The position numbers and the translations under genes were made by a program. Under the pieces are notes generated by a model, which made no database searches, was not told where the DNA came from, and saw nothing but the letters and a program-made list of their open reading frames with translations. From contig CM000433.1 of NCBI GenBank assembly GCA_000165345.1, positions 832,001 through 896,000 of the forward strand: a stretch of DNA of 64,000 bases, given 5' to 3'. Positions 30,479-42,234 of this stretch are shown here, piece after piece. Every line of letters starts with the position of its first letter. Position 1 is the stretch's first letter.

Positions 30479-30874
30479 ATGGGTAGAGTTAGAACAAAGA
30501 CAGTCAAAAGAGCAGCAAGACTTATTGTTGAGAAATATGTATCAAAACTTACTTTAGATTTCCAAACCAATAAGAAGATTGCTGAAGAAGTTGCTTCAAT
30601 CCCAACTAAGCGTCTTAGAAATAAGATTGCAGGATTTGTTACTCATTTAATGAGAAGAATCCAAAAGGGTCCAGTACGTGGTATTTCATTAAAACTCCAA
30701 GAAGAAGAGAGAGAAAGACGTATGGAAAAACTCCCAGATAAATCCGAAGTCGATTTGGACGTTATCTTGGTTGATCAAGATACCAAGGATATGCTTGTTG
30801 GATTGGGTCTTGATATCCCTGTTGAAGTTGTCTCTCCAACACGTGTATTCCAAGGTAAATCAGGTAGACACTAG
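30479..30874 (+). CDS. RPS17: 40S ribosomal protein S17 (eS17)
   Basis: [20 protein letters not shown]...[36 protein letters not shown] is nearly identical to eukaryotic RPS17. Single exon. Confidence 0.95.
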   Translation: MGRVRTKTVKRAARLIVEKYVSKLTLDFQTNKKIAEEVASIPTKRLRNKIAGFVTHLMRRIQKGPVRGISLKLQEEERERRMEKLPDKSEVDLDVILVDQDTKDMLVGLGLDIPVEVVSPTRVFQGKSGRH

Positions 30875-30958
30875 ATTTGAAATAATGTATCAAATTATTA
30901 CTCTATTGGAAATAAAGTCTACAATTCCCAAGGTGTCTTACTACTATTATATGTATGA

Positions 30959-32374
30959 TTAAATATCATATCTAGCTTTATATTTAGTGTAGGAGGATGA
31001 ATAATTTCTTGGCTTTTTACTGGGGTTTGTTTGTATTTCTTTGTTTCTAGATAATGCATTTAAAACAATATATAATATGAAGAATATGAATATGCAAGTT
31101 GAAATTGCTATTAAAGAATAGCCTGTGTTTCTTTTCTTTTTATCTTGTTGTTGTTGTTTTAATGATTTTTGAATCTTTTCTTGGTTAATTTTTTCTTCTT
31201 GGCTTAAGCTTTCTAGTATTAACTCTTTTAAACTTTTGTCTTTGATTCCAATATTTGTTAAATCATTAAAAGTTAGACTTGTAAAACTTGAATCAAGATA
31301 GTAATAGCCCTTCTTATAAAAGAGTTTGAAAACAAAATCATGTTTACCTAAAACTTTATCATTATTTTCTTCTTCATCATTATTTATTATTAAGTTTGGT
31401 TTTTCTGCAATATTGTATTTTACTAAAAACTCTGAAACTGGTGTTTCATATATTTCTTCTCGTATTTTATTTGCTCTTCTTTGTCTAATTTCTGTTTTTT
31501 TATACTGATTTTGAGAAATCTTATTATCTTCTTTGCTTTCTTTTCTATTGTTTTCTTGATATTCCAACTTTAAGTCTAAAGGAGATAAGTTTTGATCATT
31601 TAATGCATCCTTATCAAATCCATTGTTAATAAGAAATTCTGCTAATCCCATCATACCATACATATAGGCTAAATGCAAAGCAGTATTACCATTTCTATTT
31701 ACTGATTTTCTCATAATATCTTTTTGGTACTCTGTAGCTGAGTTAAATATATATAAAGCAATATTTGGTATATTTCCAAGAATACATAAATGTAAAATAG
31801 AGTTCCTTTCTAAATCATTATCATCACTTATTATAGGATTTGCAGATAATCCAATTAATTCCATAATAACTTCCTCATTTCCAATCAAAACAGCAAGATG
31901 AAGAGGAGTTTGACCAGTTTTATGATTAAGTAGATTAACATCCATTCCAGATTTTACTAATCTATGTACAACCTTAGGTAGTTCTAATCTTACTGCCCAG
32001 TGTAATGGTGAATCTCCAAATTCTTCATCACACAAATCTAGATTTGGAGATCTTTTTAATAATAAATTTAAGCACTCAATATCTCCACCATTGTTGATTA
32101 AGGTTATTATTGGAGTAAATGAATTGGTTGGATCTCTTATATTTACATCTAGATCTTCACATCTTAAAAGTAGCCTTAAAATATCAAAATCTTGGATTTT
32201 ACATGCTAAATGTATTGGAATAACACCTTTTTTTGATTTCTTATTAATATCTTCTAGATTTGAAATTATTAAGTAATCATCATTTTCATCTGAAACATTA
32301 TCATCAAAGCCAAGTAACTCTTTTAGATCATCAATATTTGATTTGCTAATATATTTTATACACTTATCCAACAT
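30959..32374 (-). CDS. Ankyrin-repeat protein with a C-terminal transmembrane anchor (tail-anchored type)
   Basis: Several ANK repeats (G-x-T/S-P-L-H-x-A..., for example GDSPLHWAV, GQTPLHLAV, GNTALHLAY). A single hydrophobic helix, LIAISTCIFIFFILYIVLNAL, lies near the C-terminus. Confidence 0.7.
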   Translation of the reverse strand: MLDKCIKYISKSNIDDLKELLGFDDNVSDENDDYLIISNLEDINKKSKKGVIPIHLACKIQDFDILRLLLRCEDLDVNIRDPTNSFTPIITLINNGGDIECLNLLLKRSPNLDLCDEEFGDSPLHWAVRLELPKVVHRLVKSGMDVNLLNHKTGQTPLHLAVLIGNEEVIMELIGLSANPIISDDNDLERNSILHLCILGNIPNIALYIFNSATEYQKDIMRKSVNRNGNTALHLAYMYGMMGLAEFLINNGFDKDALNDQNLSPLDLKLEYQENNRKESKEDNKISQNQYKKTEIRQRRANKIREEIYETPVSEFLVKYNIAEKPNLIINNDEEENNDKVLGKHDFVFKLFYKKGYYYLDSSFTSLTFNDLTNIGIKDKSLKELILESLSQEEKINQEKIQKSLKQQQQDKKKRNTGYSLIAISTCIFIFFILYIVLNALSRNKEIQTNPSKKPRNYSSSYTKYKARYDI

Positions 32375-32802
32375 TCTATTTTAATACTACCTATGTTTTT
32401 TATATTATAATATAATATCTTTTTTTCAATTCAAATCACAAAGAAAAAACTTAGTTTAGCTAATTTATTAATTATACTCAAATTTCCCACATTCTGAGAG
32501 GCAAGACAGAACTTATGCATTTATTTATGAAACTTAGAGCAAAAAGCACGAAAACTTGGGAAAAAAGAACAATATTAGCAAACTGAGTATAGAGACTGAG
32601 CCAAAGAGATATAGAGAACTTTAGTAGTAAAGAACAAGGGGGGGGGGAAACGGAACTACTCCCACTTTAAATATGAAATGGAGGATTAAAATTCTCAGTA
32701 ATCTCTATTCATATGTAAAGAGTAAAAGAAAAAAGTAGTAGTAGTGGCAGTAAAATAGAAAAAAAATGACTCGACTTATCCGAAAATTACATTTGTAACT
32801 AT

Positions 32803-33234
32803 TTAAGAGCGACAGTTCTCAGCAATGTGTTTCTGGAGATAATGGTAAGCCTCTGATTCAACACCATAGTCTACTATAGCTACGGATGCTGCTCCAACAA
32901 CCTTACGTGGATTACCTTCTCTATCAACTTTACATAAACCTGCCATTTCTCCTAATTCCTTTGAATCTGGAACCATAATCAAAGGAATTCCTCTTTCACG
33001 GCATAAAGCCTCAACCAATTGTTTATAGCAATCCTCCTCACAAGACTCAGCTAAGAAACATACTTGAGCTTTCTTGGAATCTAAAGCCAAAACAACTTCA
33101 TTTAATCCACGTAATAATCCACCTCTAACAAAAGAATTCTTTAAAACATATCTGATAGCAGTTGTTAAATCATTGACAACTTCTTGTTCAACTTGAACTT
33201 GGGTACCTTCCTGATCAATTTCAACGTCAGACAT
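32803..33234 (-). CDS. RPS12: 40S ribosomal protein S12 (eS12)
   Basis: [24 protein letters not shown]...LVEALC...[23 protein letters not shown] matches eS12 (L-C-V-L-A-S-N-C-D-E...[23 protein letters not shown]). Relatively GC-rich codons, typical of a highly expressed gene. Confidence 0.9.
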   Translation of the reverse strand: [143 protein letters not shown]

Positions 33235-33560
33235 CTTTCTTAATTATAATATACTAAAAGTTTACTTTATTTACTATATAAAAGAAGTTAATTCCTTTTT
33301 TTATCACCGCTCCTATCCTCACGGCTTAATTTATATTTTCTAATTTTTAATTGCTAAAAATCACGAAAATATTCTTTTTCTCAAATTTATAAATATAAAT
33401 ATAAATATATATTTATATTTATTTATTCTTTATACTAGTCTTTGCAACTTTAATTGAATTAATTTTTTTTAGTAAAAATATATATTTATTATTATTTTTG
33501 TATAGACGAGACGAGACAATATAATATTTATTTGTTTATTTGATTATTTAATTAACAATA

Positions 33561-33596
33561 AATGGCGCCACACAGAGCGGCAAATTTCGGCGGGCT
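33561..33596. promoter_or_regulatory. Pair of E2F-like motifs (TGGCGCCA and TTTCGGCGGG) in the divergent promoter between RPS12 and the dynactin p25 gene
   Basis: AATGGCGCCACACAGAGCGGCAAATTTCGGCGGGC, read directly. Confidence 0.5.
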
Positions 33597-33808
33597 CCAA
33601 CTTTTTTGAAATATAAAAAAACTATAGAAGTGAAAAAAATAGCAAGTGGCATTTTTAGATTGATTAATTTTCTTTTGTTTAATAAGATTAAAATATAATT
33701 GATATAAGGCATGTTTTTAGTGTGATGAAACTAATATATTGCTTTTGTTAAGTGTTAATAATTTATAAAAAAAAATATAAAGTTTGAAAAAAAAAATTGA
33801 GATATATA

Positions 33809-34910
<1,102 letters not shown>

Positions 34911-35265
34911 GAACTTTTGTAAAAATCTAAAAACTGAAACAATTAATGATAATACTATTTTTCGACTAAAAAGAGTTTAATAACAGTGCAGACAATGAAA
35001 GTAACCCGTAATATTAAAAAAATCCTATAAAATTGTTTAATTCAAATTAACTTGTTTATACATAATTTTCTTTCTTGCAATTGTGTGTGCGTGGCGCCAA
35101 TCAGAATTATTTCTATACCGATACCACGTTTGGCGGCAACAGCTATCAATAAAAAAAAAAAGGAAGAGATTGCTAATATATAGATCAGCTTTTGACACAG
35201 TATAAAGTAAAAGAATATTTGTTTTTCAGATTATAATAATTTTATGTATATTGTTTCTATTCTGA

Positions 35266-35706
35266 ATGAAAATGGGAAGTAATGATTTTAAGACAGGAAA
35301 ACATAAACAAAATAGTCTTTTTAATGAAACAGTCAGAGAAATAAGAAAATTAGTATATCCTCATTTGGATAAGTTTCAACGCCAACAATATGATAATGCT
35401 AGGGCAAAAGTTTTAGGTATAAAACAAAAAAAGTCTCAAAAGATGCCTTTACCAGAATTAATTTCTCGTCAAAAAGCTACCAAGAGACATATTGATAAAA
35501 GAAAGCAATTAGAAGAGGAATTAGATGTTAAATTGCATATTGGTGATAAGGCTAATAGATTTGAAGCAGAAAAGGATATTAAAAATCGTAAGAAAAATAA
35601 AATTGAGAAGAGAAACATGTCTACAAGTTTAAGTGGAAAAGGATTTTCTGAAAAATCGGGAGTTGTTTATGTAGGCAAAAACATTGTTAAGAGAAGAAAA
35701 CATTGA
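35266..35706 (+). CDS. Small basic Lys/Arg-rich protein (nucleolar or ribosome-biogenesis type, unassigned)
   Basis: 146 aa, pI clearly basic, coiled-coil-like. No confident family. Confidence 0.5.
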   Translation: MKMGSNDFKTGKHKQNSLFNETVREIRKLVYPHLDKFQRQQYDNARAKVLGIKQKKSQKMPLPELISRQKATKRHIDKRKQLEEELDVKLHIGDKANRFEAEKDIKNRKKNKIEKRNMSTSLSGKGFSEKSGVVYVGKNIVKRRKH

Positions 35707-35829
35707 ATATCAATATAAATAATGAGTAGACATCTCATAGTATTATTATTATTTTTAAATTATATTATATTAGAATAGTATTGCTATTTAAATAATTTTT
35801 ATTTCTATCTTATATACTACTAACTATTA

Positions 35830-37695
35830 TTAATTCATTGAATAATGATTAATTAGTTGAGGAAATACTCTGTTATCTAATGTCTTGACATTATTTAGTT
35901 CCACAAGTATACTTATATGTCTAGAATTATCTATTCTTGGAGTTATTGTAATATAACCCGATACACCTCCAACAACTTTAAGAAGTTGATCGTCAGGAGA
36001 CTTAATATGCAATATTGTCTGCTTCCAATGTGTTGGTTCGTGAAATGGAGAAGTTTCCATATCAACTTTTTTGAATTGAGAATAAAATTCTGCATTGAAT
36101 GAAACAACTAAAGAAGTAAAGAATGAAAATTCATCTGAAAGCTCTATTTTAAAAGGTTGTCTTAAATTTGATAATTCTTGACTTGTAATATCTAAAATAG
36201 GTAAACTTGGAAGATCATATACATTTTTACAACGTAATCTTTCTACTGGAACAATCTCAACATATGGAGTTGATAATAGTACTGATAATTTTGGAGATAT
36301 CTCCGAAAGATCCAAATTATAAAGTCTATTATTATTCCAAGGACTTACTAAACTGTCGATAGAATCAGAATAATCTGCCAGCGAAATTTGTAATCTAACA
36401 GAAGAAGGAAAAATATGACCAGAAAATTTCCCATCATTAATCTTTAAATATCTATTTCTAGCGTCTAATATGGTATATAACATACTTTCATATAATAAAC
36501 AATATCCCATCCATTCTGAAATTATTATATCACATTTAAATGGTACTGAATCTTTTGGAGGTAGATCATTCTTTGAAATTGAAATCACTTTATTTTCTAC
36601 AATAAATAAACTTAAATCTTCAAACTTTCCACATATAAAATGAATTTTATTCCCTAAATTATTAGCTTGAGCAATTTTTTCTGCTATTTTAATGGTATCT
36701 TTTGCAGCATCAACAGCAACTACCATTTTGGCTCCACTTTTTACTGCAAATAAACTAAGAATACCAGTACCAGTACCAACATCTAGTACAATTTTATCTT
36801 TAAATAAATTAATTGAATTATTTGGATCAGTAATAAAGTTATAATAAGCATCTGTTCTGACTTTATCCAAAATCATTTCTCTATGAATATCTAAAGTAGA
36901 ATAAGAGCTAAAGTAAGGAGTATCTTCATTCTTAATTTTATTTTTAATAATAGCATCAATGTCATTCAGTTCTTTATCAAGCTTTGGTTTTAATGTTTCA
37001 GATTCTTTTTCTGATAAATCTAATAGTTTTTTTGAAAGCTCATGTGGAGAAACTGTTATTGAAGTACTCTGCTCAGAAGCAGTAGATATTCTACTACATG
37101 GGGATGGATATGGATCTTTTTTAGAATCAAATTCCAATGACTCTTTATTTTGAAATTCTGATATCAAATCTGCCATAAACTTAATTTTTTGTTTTAATAA
37201 TTTGTTTTCTTCTTCAATAGAAAGTTCGCAAATAACATTTGGATTTCTCTCTTCTTCTTGGATATATTCTTCGTTAAGAGTATCTAATTCTAAAATCAAT
37301 CTATCATCATTCAAAATTGGAGTTAATAGTGAGTCATCGTTCCATATTTTACCATCCTTTTTAATATGTTCATACTCTTTCTTAGGATCTAATCCATTAT
37401 TGGCACATTTCCTTAAGTAATTAATCAATCTAATTTGATCATATTCTTCCTTTCCATCAGTTTCTTTAGAAAAGTCAAATTCATGTTGTATTTTCATATG
37501 ATTCCAAATTTCTTCAGTCAAATTTGAGCTGGAATCACAAAATAAACACTTTGCTTCTGAAAGAGATTCAAATTCTTGTAGATATGAATTATACTCTAAT
37601 AGTTCAACATCATCTTCGCTAATCTGTTCATCATCACTAGTATTAATGTCATTTATAATAATTGAAACTTTCTCTTGATTATATTTTCCTGACAT
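35830..37695 (-). CDS. PRMT: Protein arginine N-methyltransferase, PRMT3-like (N-terminal C2H2 zinc finger plus class I methyltransferase core)
   Basis: V-L-D-V-G-T-G-T-G-I-L-S-L-F-A-V-K-S-G-A (motif I), I-I-S-E-W-M-G-Y-C-L-L-Y-E-S-M-L (double-E loop) and T-H-W-K-Q-T (THW loop). The N-terminal C-L-F-C-D...H-M-K-I-Q-H is a PRMT3-type zinc finger. The track ORF extends to 37818 from an alternative TTG; the first ATG (MSGKYNQ) is at 37695. Confidence 0.85.
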   Translation of the reverse strand: MSGKYNQEKVSIIINDINTSDDEQISEDDVELLEYNSYLQEFESLSEAKCLFCDSSSNLTEEIWNHMKIQHEFDFSKETDGKEEYDQIRLINYLRKCANNGLDPKKEYEHIKKDGKIWNDDSLLTPILNDDRLILELDTLNEEYIQEEERNPNVICELSIEEENKLLKQKIKFMADLISEFQNKESLEFDSKKDPYPSPCSRISTASEQSTSITVSPHELSKKLLDLSEKESETLKPKLDKELNDIDAIIKNKIKNEDTPYFSSYSTLDIHREMILDKVRTDAYYNFITDPNNSINLFKDKIVLDVGTGTGILSLFAVKSGAKMVVAVDAAKDTIKIAEKIAQANNLGNKIHFICGKFEDLSLFIVENKVISISKNDLPPKDSVPFKCDIIISEWMGYCLLYESMLYTILDARNRYLKINDGKFSGHIFPSSVRLQISLADYSDSIDSLVSPWNNNRLYNLDLSEISPKLSVLLSTPYVEIVPVERLRCKNVYDLPSLPILDITSQELSNLRQPFKIELSDEFSFFTSLVVSFNAEFYSQFKKVDMETSPFHEPTHWKQTILHIKSPDDQLLKVVGGVSGYITITPRIDNSRHISILVELNNVKTLDNRVFPQLINHYSMN

Positions 37696-38004
37696 ATTTA
37701 TAAATTTACTGCCAACAATATATAACTTTGAAATAAAAGTAATTGTTCTTTTAAACCAACTTAAATCATATAATATATAATCTAACTTTTTATTTAACGA
37801 GCTTATTTCCAAAAACAATAGATTAATTTATAGTTGTATTAATAGTGTAAATACTGCTTCTATTGCTAATAATACGTTCACAAGTCTAATTATTAATATT
37901 CTACTGTTCTTTTCTCTCCTCGTTCAATTTCTTGTTTTCTTGATTTTTTTCTTCTCTCCACTAAATAATGTCAAAATATTACAATATTTCATCTGCATTT
38001 CCCA

Positions 38005-38034
38005 TTTTGGCGGGCAAATTGGTGCCGCCAAAAT
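38005..38034. promoter_or_regulatory. Perfect inverted-repeat double E2F-like site TTTTGGCGGGCAAATTGGTGCCGCCAAAAT in the divergent PRMT / BCD1-like promoter
   Basis: Half-sites TTTTGGCGG and CCGCCAAAA are in palindromic arrangement, read directly. Confidence 0.55.
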
Positions 38035-38325
38035 ATCAATTTTTGACTGAGCATGAAAAAAAAAAGATGTTGAAATTAGTGAGTATAACGGAAAGAAGAA
38101 AAAAAGGTGAAATTAATGTTAAAGGAATTGATATTTCTGGAAAGAAAAGGTATTTCTGAAGAGGAAGGATTATTTTGGATGAATTGACTAGAAGAAAAGT
38201 TGATTAATTGAAAAGACTAAAAAGAATAATATTATTATTTCTTTTATTGATAAAAAGAAGAAAAAGCTGAATAAAAATTAAATAGAATAAAATATATATA
38301 TATTTATTAGTAAAGAGTATTAAAT

Positions 38326-39177
38326 ATGGAGATTGATGATGCATTATTAGCAGAAAAACGAGATCAAAACAGAAAGTGTGAGAATTGTGATAATGATTAC
38401 AAGTACAAATGTCCAGCATGTAATACGAAATCTTGTAGCTTGGAGTGTATTAATCATCATAAATCTAAAACAGGATGTGATGGGGATGGTATGAAAAAGC
38501 ATATTGGAAGAAATATAGCAATAAGTCAATATAATTGTGATGATATGTGGAGAGATTTCAACTTTTTAGAGGAAATGAGAAGAAGAATATTGAATGCATC
38601 AAGGCATCAAGGAAAAGAGAAACACATTGAGAATCAAATAATACAACAAAATTTTGGGTTAATTAGTAGTTTAAGAGGAAGAATCGGAGAATATAAAGGG
38701 AGGGTTAAAACTAATGAAGAGCAAAAGCTCGTTACAGTAATAAAAGAAACCAGCAAATTACCAAGACATAGTCCAATCCCATTGTTGAAAAAAGCATGTA
38801 GTATTAGAAAGATTAAGATATATTTTTGCCCAATAAATGAGATGGAAATAAGAAAGAATAACACAACTTATTATAATAAGAAAGATGATTTAATATTATG
38901 GAAAATGGAATTTAATATATATCAAGATAATAATCTAATAGAAAAGAAGTATTTGGATAATATTTCAGAAAATGAGATAGTTATAGAAATAATACTAAAA
39001 TTGATAATAAATCTAGATAAGAATAACATTAAACAAGTACTTTTAATGAATAACTTTAAAGATGAAAATAATAAAGCTTTTCAAGAAATAGATTTAAATA
39101 AAAGCTTTAAAGAAAATTTAATAGGCAAAAATATTATAGAATTTCCAAGATTCAAGGTAGAAATACATAAATCATGA
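38326..39177 (+). CDS. zf-HIT zinc-finger protein, BCD1/ZNHIT6-like box C/D snoRNP assembly factor
   Basis: N-terminal C-E-N-C-D-N-D-Y-K-Y-K-C-P-A-C-N-T-K-S-C-S-L-E-C-I-N-H-H-K is a zf-HIT signature (C-x2-C-x9-C-x2-C-x4-C-x3-C-x3-H-H) as in yeast Bcd1. The remainder is Lys/Asn-rich. Confidence 0.65.
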   Translation: MEIDDALLAEKRDQNRKCENCDNDYKYKCPACNTKSCSLECINHHKSKTGCDGDGMKKHIGRNIAISQYNCDDMWRDFNFLEEMRRRILNASRHQGKEKHIENQIIQQNFGLISSLRGRIGEYKGRVKTNEEQKLVTVIKETSKLPRHSPIPLLKKACSIRKIKIYFCPINEMEIRKNNTTYYNKKDDLILWKMEFNIYQDNNLIEKKYLDNISENEIVIEIILKLIINLDKNNIKQVLLMNNFKDENNKAFQEIDLNKSFKENLIGKNIIEFPRFKVEIHKS

Positions 39178-39252
39178 AAATATATTAATTCTAATATAGT
39201 TTTATAAATGATAATAAAGAAAGAAAACATTATTATAGCTTTATCTAAATAA

Positions 39253-39870
39253 TTATAGTTTTTCCATAATCTTCTCATCCAAATTACTGGTACTAGAGTT
39301 TAATAGTACTTTATTATTAGTGGTAAATATTTCAGATGATTCAAGAATTTTTCTATCAATTTCTTTTGCTTGTATTGCACTTAATTCCTCCATAAGATCA
39401 GCTTCATTCATTGAAGGAAGAGATTGATTAATTATTTGAGAAATTTCATCATGAATTGATTGTTGCTCCTTAATTGTATCAGAAATTTTTTCCAATTTAT
39501 CAGTATTTGTGGATGATATTATGGATTGATGAGCCATAGCACTTGCAGATAATGCAGACATTGTCATCTGTTGAGTCTTTGCTGTCTCTAAATTAAGTAA
39601 TTGTTGTTCTAATAATAAACTTGAACTTAATAATTTCTCTCTTTCCTGAGTGACCAATTTTTTTCTTCTTAATACTAACAATGCTGAATTCTTATCTCCT
39701 TGTAATGCTAAATTAGCTGCTTCATTTTCAAGCTTCTTTTCTTTCTCCTCCAAATCAAGCAAAGACCTTTGAATTGCTTGTGATGCTTTTAATGCTTTTT
39801 CATGAGCTGATTCTATTTCAGAAAGGGGATTTGTCTCTTCTTTTTCCTGTTTTCTACGAAACAAAAACAT
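39253..39870 (-). CDS. ESCRT-III Snf7-family protein (CHMP4/Vps32-like)
   Basis: The layout follows the CHMP4 helical pattern as I recall it: ...A-L-L-V-L-R-R-K-K-L-V-T-Q-E-R-E-K-L...L-N-L-E-T-A-K-T-Q-Q-M-T-M-S-A-L...I-S-D-T-I-K-E-Q-Q-S-I-H-D-E-I-S-Q-I-I-N-Q-S...E-A-D-L-M-E-E-L-S-A-I. Compare A-L-Q-A-L-K-R-K-K-R-Y-E-K-Q...N-A-N-T-N-T-E-V-L...V-D-E-L-M-Q-D-I-A-D-Q-Q-E-L-A-E-E-I-S. Confidence 0.7.
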   Translation of the reverse strand: MFLFRRKQEKEETNPLSEIESAHEKALKASQAIQRSLLDLEEKEKKLENEAANLALQGDKNSALLVLRRKKLVTQEREKLLSSSLLLEQQLLNLETAKTQQMTMSALSASAMAHQSIISSTNTDKLEKISDTIKEQQSIHDEISQIINQSLPSMNEADLMEELSAIQAKEIDRKILESSEIFTTNNKVLLNSSTSNLDEKIMEKL

Positions 39871-40410
39871 TTTATTTCCTACTAATATTAACCAAAATTA
39901 AATCACAATAATAATTCAATTCAATCTTCCCTTCATTCAATAAAAGTGGAAAATACTTGTATATATTTGTGAATATTGTATTTTCCTTTTCCTAATTATA
40001 CTTTATTATTATTATTATTTTTTTAATTTTCCCAATATTCAAAACCCACTTATTCACATATTTTTATATCACTAATATTTATAAAAATTACGATACCGGC
40101 ATTGGCGCCAGAATTAGCCCGCCGGAATATGTATTTATTTAATGGAATTAATTGTCAAAATTCACACAAAAAAAAGAGGAAATATTAGAAAAGTAATAGA
40201 AAAAATAATCAATATTGGGGCTTAGCTTATATATATATATATATAAATAGATTTAAGTATACATAGTTTTTTTTAAACTTTTGCTTATTGATCTACAAAA
40301 AACTTTTTTTTCATCCTTATTATAAGTTTTAAATTTCCAAGTCAAAATACAATAGATGAGAAAATATTTAATATTTTAAAAAAAGGAGAAAAATAGGAGA
40401 GGAGAAAAAA

Positions 40411-42176
40411 ATGACTCAGGATAAAAGAACTCGAATTAGTGCAGAAATTGAAGATTCTGAAGGTGAAAGTAGTAACCATAAGAAAATAAATATAGAAAAT
40501 GAACAAGAAATAAGTGAAATAGTTCAACTACTAAAAAAGCATATAAGAAATTTTGAAATGGAAAAAGTATACTATATCTTTGAGAAGATTAATCAGAGAG
40601 AGATTTTTTTTAAAGATATTGAAGATTATTTAAATGTAAACTTTTCTAAAGTTATTAATGAGTGTTTGCTAGGCTTAAATATTATTCTTTTACCTGATCA
40701 TGATCAAGTAATTATTAATGGGTTAAAGATCAAAATTCTTAAATTGATTTTAAATATTCTTTTAGATATTTCAGAGTTTCAGGATGAAAGTTCTCAAATC
40801 GGAGAAAATTCAAATATTAATTCTATCAAATTAAAGTTATTATTAGAAAATGATCTTAGATTAAGTTTACTGAAATCTATTAAAAGTATTGAACATATTT
40901 ACTTACAAACTTTAAAAGCTGATAATATATCTAAAAAAGAAGATCAAAATTTTGAAGAATTAATAAGTCACGAAAGTGAATTATTACAAGAATCTGTATT
41001 AGAGACATATTTTCAGCTTTTAGAATCTACTATTGAAATTGATCCAGAGAATGTTTCAAAAGAATTTACTGAATTTGAAGAATTATTTGATTGGTTAATC
41101 CAGATATTAGATGACGAGGAGTCTTCAATAGTTGATGAAATTACATCTTTAAAGATGGAAATATTAAGTATTATATTTCAATATATTAAATTATCACAAG
41201 AAAGTACTATTTGGAAAAAAACAAATAAGAAACAATTTATGGACAAGTTTTTGGTAAAATTAGCCAATCTTGCTTTAAGAGATACAGAAATTGGTGGTAT
41301 TAAGGAAAAAGAGTTTTTACATAATATTATAGATATTATTTGTAATCTCTTATTTGAAGAGGAAATGAGAAAAGAATTTTGTGATTTACAAGGATTGGAA
41401 TTGATGATAAAGTTAATGAAAGAAAAGACATCTATGAGACATTTATCTATTAAAGTGGTATCGTTTGCTATGCTTGATAAGGGAGAAATGAATAATAAAT
41501 TTATTCAAATGTAAGTTATTCTAAAATTGCTAATATTTATTAATAAAATATTCTTTTTTTTATTTAGGTCTGGTTTGAAGCTTATTTTTGGTTTTCTAGC
41601 TCACTCTTCAAAGAATTTGATTAATGATGAAAGTTATATTAAGAATAGACAACAACAAGATACAGATGAACATTTATGTAGTATTGTAAAATCATTATTA
41701 CAATTCTCTACTGGTAAGTTGATTAAAAACAATTATTAGATTTGTAACATTTATATTAATTAAAAAATTACCTTTAAACAGGAAATGATCATAAGATTTT
41801 AATAAGTAAATTAATAGAGGACAATTACTCTAAACTTAAGAATTTTCTAATTCTAAGGAATTACTACTCAAAGAAAATTACACAGGCTTTGGAGAATTCA
41901 CAAGATGATTTACTGGAAGAAGATGAAAATCAAATTGAAATAATTGAAACACTAGCTATTGATGCTGGTCTTTTTATAGTACAGCTTATTGATTTAATAT
42001 TAGTTTATACAATATATTATGAAAAAGGTAACATTCATGATTTTGAAAAGAATGTTTTAAGTAAGAATGGAATAGAGTTAAATGATTTAAAAACAAGTAT
42101 TGAAGATTATTCAAGTTCTTTAAATCAGGATGAAAAGAGTTTTAATGAAAGAATGTTAGCTTATTTAAATCTTTAA
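40411..42176 (+). CDS. CTNNBL1: Beta-catenin-like protein 1 (CTNNBL1, ARM-repeat spliceosome/Prp19-associated), three exons: 40411-41510, 41568-41713, 41782-42176
   Basis: The spliced product joins three track ORFs: ...L-Q-G-L-E-L-M-I-K-L-M-K-E-K-T-S-M-R-H-L-S-I-K-V-V-S-F-A-M-L-D-K-G-E...D-E-H-L-C-S-I-V-K-S-L-L...A-I-D-A-G-L-F-I-V-Q-L-I. This parallels human CTNNBL1 G-E-G-L-Q-L-M-N-L-M-L-R-E-K-K-I-S-R-S-S-A-L-K-V-L-D-H-A-M...E-E-H-V-C-S-I-L-A-S-L-L...R-L-D-A-G-L-F-V-L-Q-H-I (recalled). Both donors are GTAAGT; acceptors are TTTAG and AACAG. Phases match (2, 1). Confidence 0.75.
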
Positions 42177-42234
42177 AAAAATCTAAAATATATTATTTTT
42201 ATTTTTATTGCTTTTATTAGAATTAAATTAATTA

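Noticed and set aside
37968-38159. 63-codon ORF (MSKYYNISSAFPILAGKLVPPKYQ...) in the PRMT / BCD1-like divergent spacer
   Set aside because: Its middle is the palindromic double E2F box (TTTTGGCGGGCAAATTGGTGCCGCCAAAAT). The rest is a Lys-rich low-complexity reading of an AT-rich promoter. It has no independent coding signal.
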